A DNA stretch of 64,000 nucleotides, taken from positions 64,001-128,000 of the forward strand of contig NW_007729415.1 in assembly GCF_000696425.1 (NCBI RefSeq). Reading direction: 5' to 3'. How positions within the stretch are numbered: the first letter of the stretch is position 1; each line of letters starts with the position of its first letter. The position numbers and the translations under genes are program-made. The DNA is from Galeopterus variegatus (taxonomy: Eukaryota). Of the stretch, positions 61,982 to 64,000 are shown one piece after another. The notes under the pieces were generated by a model. That model saw only the letters and a program-made list of their open reading frames with translations. It was not told the DNA's origin and made no database searches.

Positions 61982-62362
61982 TGAAATCAGTGGTTCTGTA
62001 CTCCTCCTCCACCAAGAGCTTCATTTATGAATACCCACCCCCGTCCCTAATGCCCAGTGGACTCTGTGTTTTATAAGATTTTGCCTACCAGACTGCCTTA
62101 GTTTATTAAGTAATAATTTATTTTCCCATCTTTTATTAATCAAAGATGTATGTAATTGTCAGCCAGAGCTTCTGGTCAGCGTGCGATAACCAGGGTTACC
62201 ACATTGATCTGATGTAATTCAAGCCAAAAGCCTGTGTAGCCTTATCATGGGTAAATGTATGATTACCCTTAGGTGTTTTTTGAGTCATCAAAAGTAGAGG
62301 TGTCCCATTCCCTGCATAGATTTTTGGGTGCCTAATGAGCCCTAGTTAGAAACTGACTTAGA

Positions 62363-62551
62363 GGGCCAACCTTTTGGCTCACTCGGGAGAGTGCGGCGCT
62401 GGGAGTGCAGCAGCGCTCCCACCGTGGGTTTGGATCCTATATAGGGATGGCTGGTGCGCTCACTGGCTGAGCGTGATGCGGGCAACACCAAGCCAAGGGT
62501 TGCGATCCCGTTACCAGTCACACACACACACACACACACACAAAAAAAAAA
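62363..62551 (+). mobile_element. B-type SINE in TAOK2 intron 10, tail converted to (CA)12 plus A9
   Basis: gggccaaccttttggctcactcgggagagtgcggcgctgggagtgcagcagcgctcccaccgtgggtttggatcctatatagg…. TSD tgacttaga. Confidence 0.8.
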
Positions 62552-62906
62552 GTGACTTAGATTGTCTAGTTTGACCTACATGTTTTGTAATTGTGGGGTA
62601 CCTTATGAAGCCCAGAGAGACCTTGTGACATGTCCATGGTCAAATAGCACTTTGGTAGAGGAGCTGGACTAGAGTCCAGATCTCCTGACGTTCTTGCCTG
62701 TCAGCAATGCCTGGAGGAACAAGGGACAACCTGGGTAGTAGAGACTGGGTGGTGGAGAAAATTACTGTGGGAGAAGGGGTTGGGACAAGGCCAGCATCAA
62801 CCCATCGTGAGCATGGGCCCAGGGGAGTGCCTCAGGCCACAGAGAATGCTGCGAGCCATGAGTAATGGGGGAGCGGGCAGCAGGCCTCAGTGTTGTCTTC
62901 CCCCAG

Positions 62907-63074
62907 CACCGCTTTGTGCTCCGGGAACGGCCACCCACAGTCATCATGGACCTGATCCAGAGGACCAAGGATGCTGTGCGGGAGCTGGACAACCTGCAGT
63001 ACCGCAAGATGAAGAAGATCCTGTTCCAAGAGGCACCCAATGGCCCTGGTGCTGAGGCCCCAGAGGAGGAGGAG
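62907..63074 (+). CDS. TAOK2: TAOK2 exon 11 ([56 protein letters not shown])
   Basis: cccccag|CAC … GAG|gtgacc. Confidence 0.88.
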
Positions 63075-63245
63075 GTGACCCAGCTCACCCTCCTCCCTTC
63101 TTCACCCCCATCCCGTGCTTGCCTTATAGCAGCTGCTTGGCCCCCTTCCCCATCTATCCTCAAACCTTCTGTCTCCTGTGCCACCTCCAGGCACATGCTC
63201 TTGTCCTTCCCCTTCCCTGCCCAACAGCCTACGCCCTGTTCACAG

Positions 63246-63506
63246 GAGGCAGAGCCCTACATGCACCGGGCCGGGACACTGACCAGTCTAGAGAGCAGCC
63301 ACTCAGTGCCCAGCATGTCCATCAGCGCCTCCAGCCAGAGCAGCTCAGTTAACAGCTTAGCAGATGCCTCGGACAATGAGGAAGAGGAGGAGGAGGAAGA
63401 GGAGGAGGAGGAGGAAGAAGAAGGCCCTGAAGCCCGGGAGATGGCTATGATGCAGGAGGGGGAGCACACCGTCACCTCCCACAGCTCCATCATCCACCGG
63501 CTGCCG
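63246..63506 (+). CDS. TAOK2: TAOK2 exon 12 ([87 protein letters not shown])
   Basis: ttcacag|GAG … CCG|gtatgc. Contains a GAG/GAA-encoded poly-Glu tract. Confidence 0.88.
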
Positions 63507-63665
63507 GTATGCAGCTCATCTGGTAGGCCTGGCAGACAAGTGGCCAAGCCTAAGTTCTCTTACTCAGGAACCACCTGGGTTCCCTGTTCCTCCCAAGTCT
63601 GAATGGGTCTACGCAGGTAGTGGCCTCTGAGCATTTAGCATCGCTTCTTCCTTTCCTTCTTCTAG

Positions 63666-63827
63666 GGCTCTGACAACCTGTATGATGACCCCTACCAGCC
63701 AGAGATGACCCCAGGCCCTCTCCAGCCACCTGCACCCCCAGCCCCCACCTCCACCACCTCTTCTGCTCGTCGCCGGGCCTACTGCCGCAACCGGGACCAC
63801 TTTGCAACCATCCGTACTGCCTCCCTG
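63666..63827 (+). CDS. TAOK2: TAOK2 exon 13 (GSDNLYDDPYQPEMTPGPLQPPAPPAPTSTTSSARRRAYCRNRDHFATIRTASL). The gene continues past the window
   Basis: ttctag|GGC … CTG|gtgagt. Confidence 0.85.
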
Positions 63828-64000
63828 GTGAGTACAGCCGTCCTTACTCAGCCTGCTTGCCATCAGTTTGTCTGCCTCGTCTGGATGCTCCTGTCTTTGT
63901 AAGTCTAGAAGTGATCTCCCTGTGGACTATATTAAGCCCAGGTTCCACCCTCACTTCCTGCTGCTGTCTTTTGCTTTCTCACCTCGACCTCACCCTCCTC

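Noticed and set aside
62865-63602. 245-aa plus-strand ORF spanning TAOK2 exons 11 and 12 as one exon
   Set aside because: The intron at 63075-63245 happens to be open in frame. Canonical donor (GAG|gtgacc) and acceptor (cacag|GAG) sites and the human protein show it is spliced out.

Overview
This window is mammalian nuclear DNA, not prokaryotic. It is the ortholog of the human 16p11.2 segment KCTD13 (minus strand) - TMEM219 (plus) - TAOK2 (plus).

Genes recognised by translating the exons:
- KCTD13 coding exons 1 and 2 and its CpG-island promoter at 2.6-5.3 kb.
- All four TMEM219 coding exons at 42.7-50.8 kb, giving a 240-aa protein, plus its CpG-island promoter at about 41.2-41.85 kb.
- The TAOK2 CpG island at about 53.3-54.5 kb and TAOK2 coding exons 2-13 (start codon through '...IRTASL') at 57.5-63.8 kb. 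The gene runs off the window end.

Intergenic and intronic content:
- The 36-kb KCTD13-TMEM219 intergenic interval and the introns are saturated with retroposons.
- A lineage-specific family of tRNA-derived SINEs is present in monomeric (about 80 bp), dimeric (about 165 bp) and dimer-plus / trimer-like (190-245 bp) forms. There are about 60 copies, most with poly(A) tails and clear target-site duplications.
- The architecture resembles the colugo (Dermoptera) CYN-I/II/III family. The species is inferred, not proven.
- Older repeats: ancient L1 elements, including one nearly full-length minus-strand copy at 27.6-35.0 kb carrying 13 SINE insertions, ERVL-MaLR LTRs and MIR fragments.
- Several unusual tandem or nested SINE arrangements are flagged below.

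No prokaryotic-style system, CRISPR array, or bona fide tRNA or rRNA gene is present. The listed six-frame ORFs outside the three genes are repeat-derived or GC-rich CpG-island open frames.
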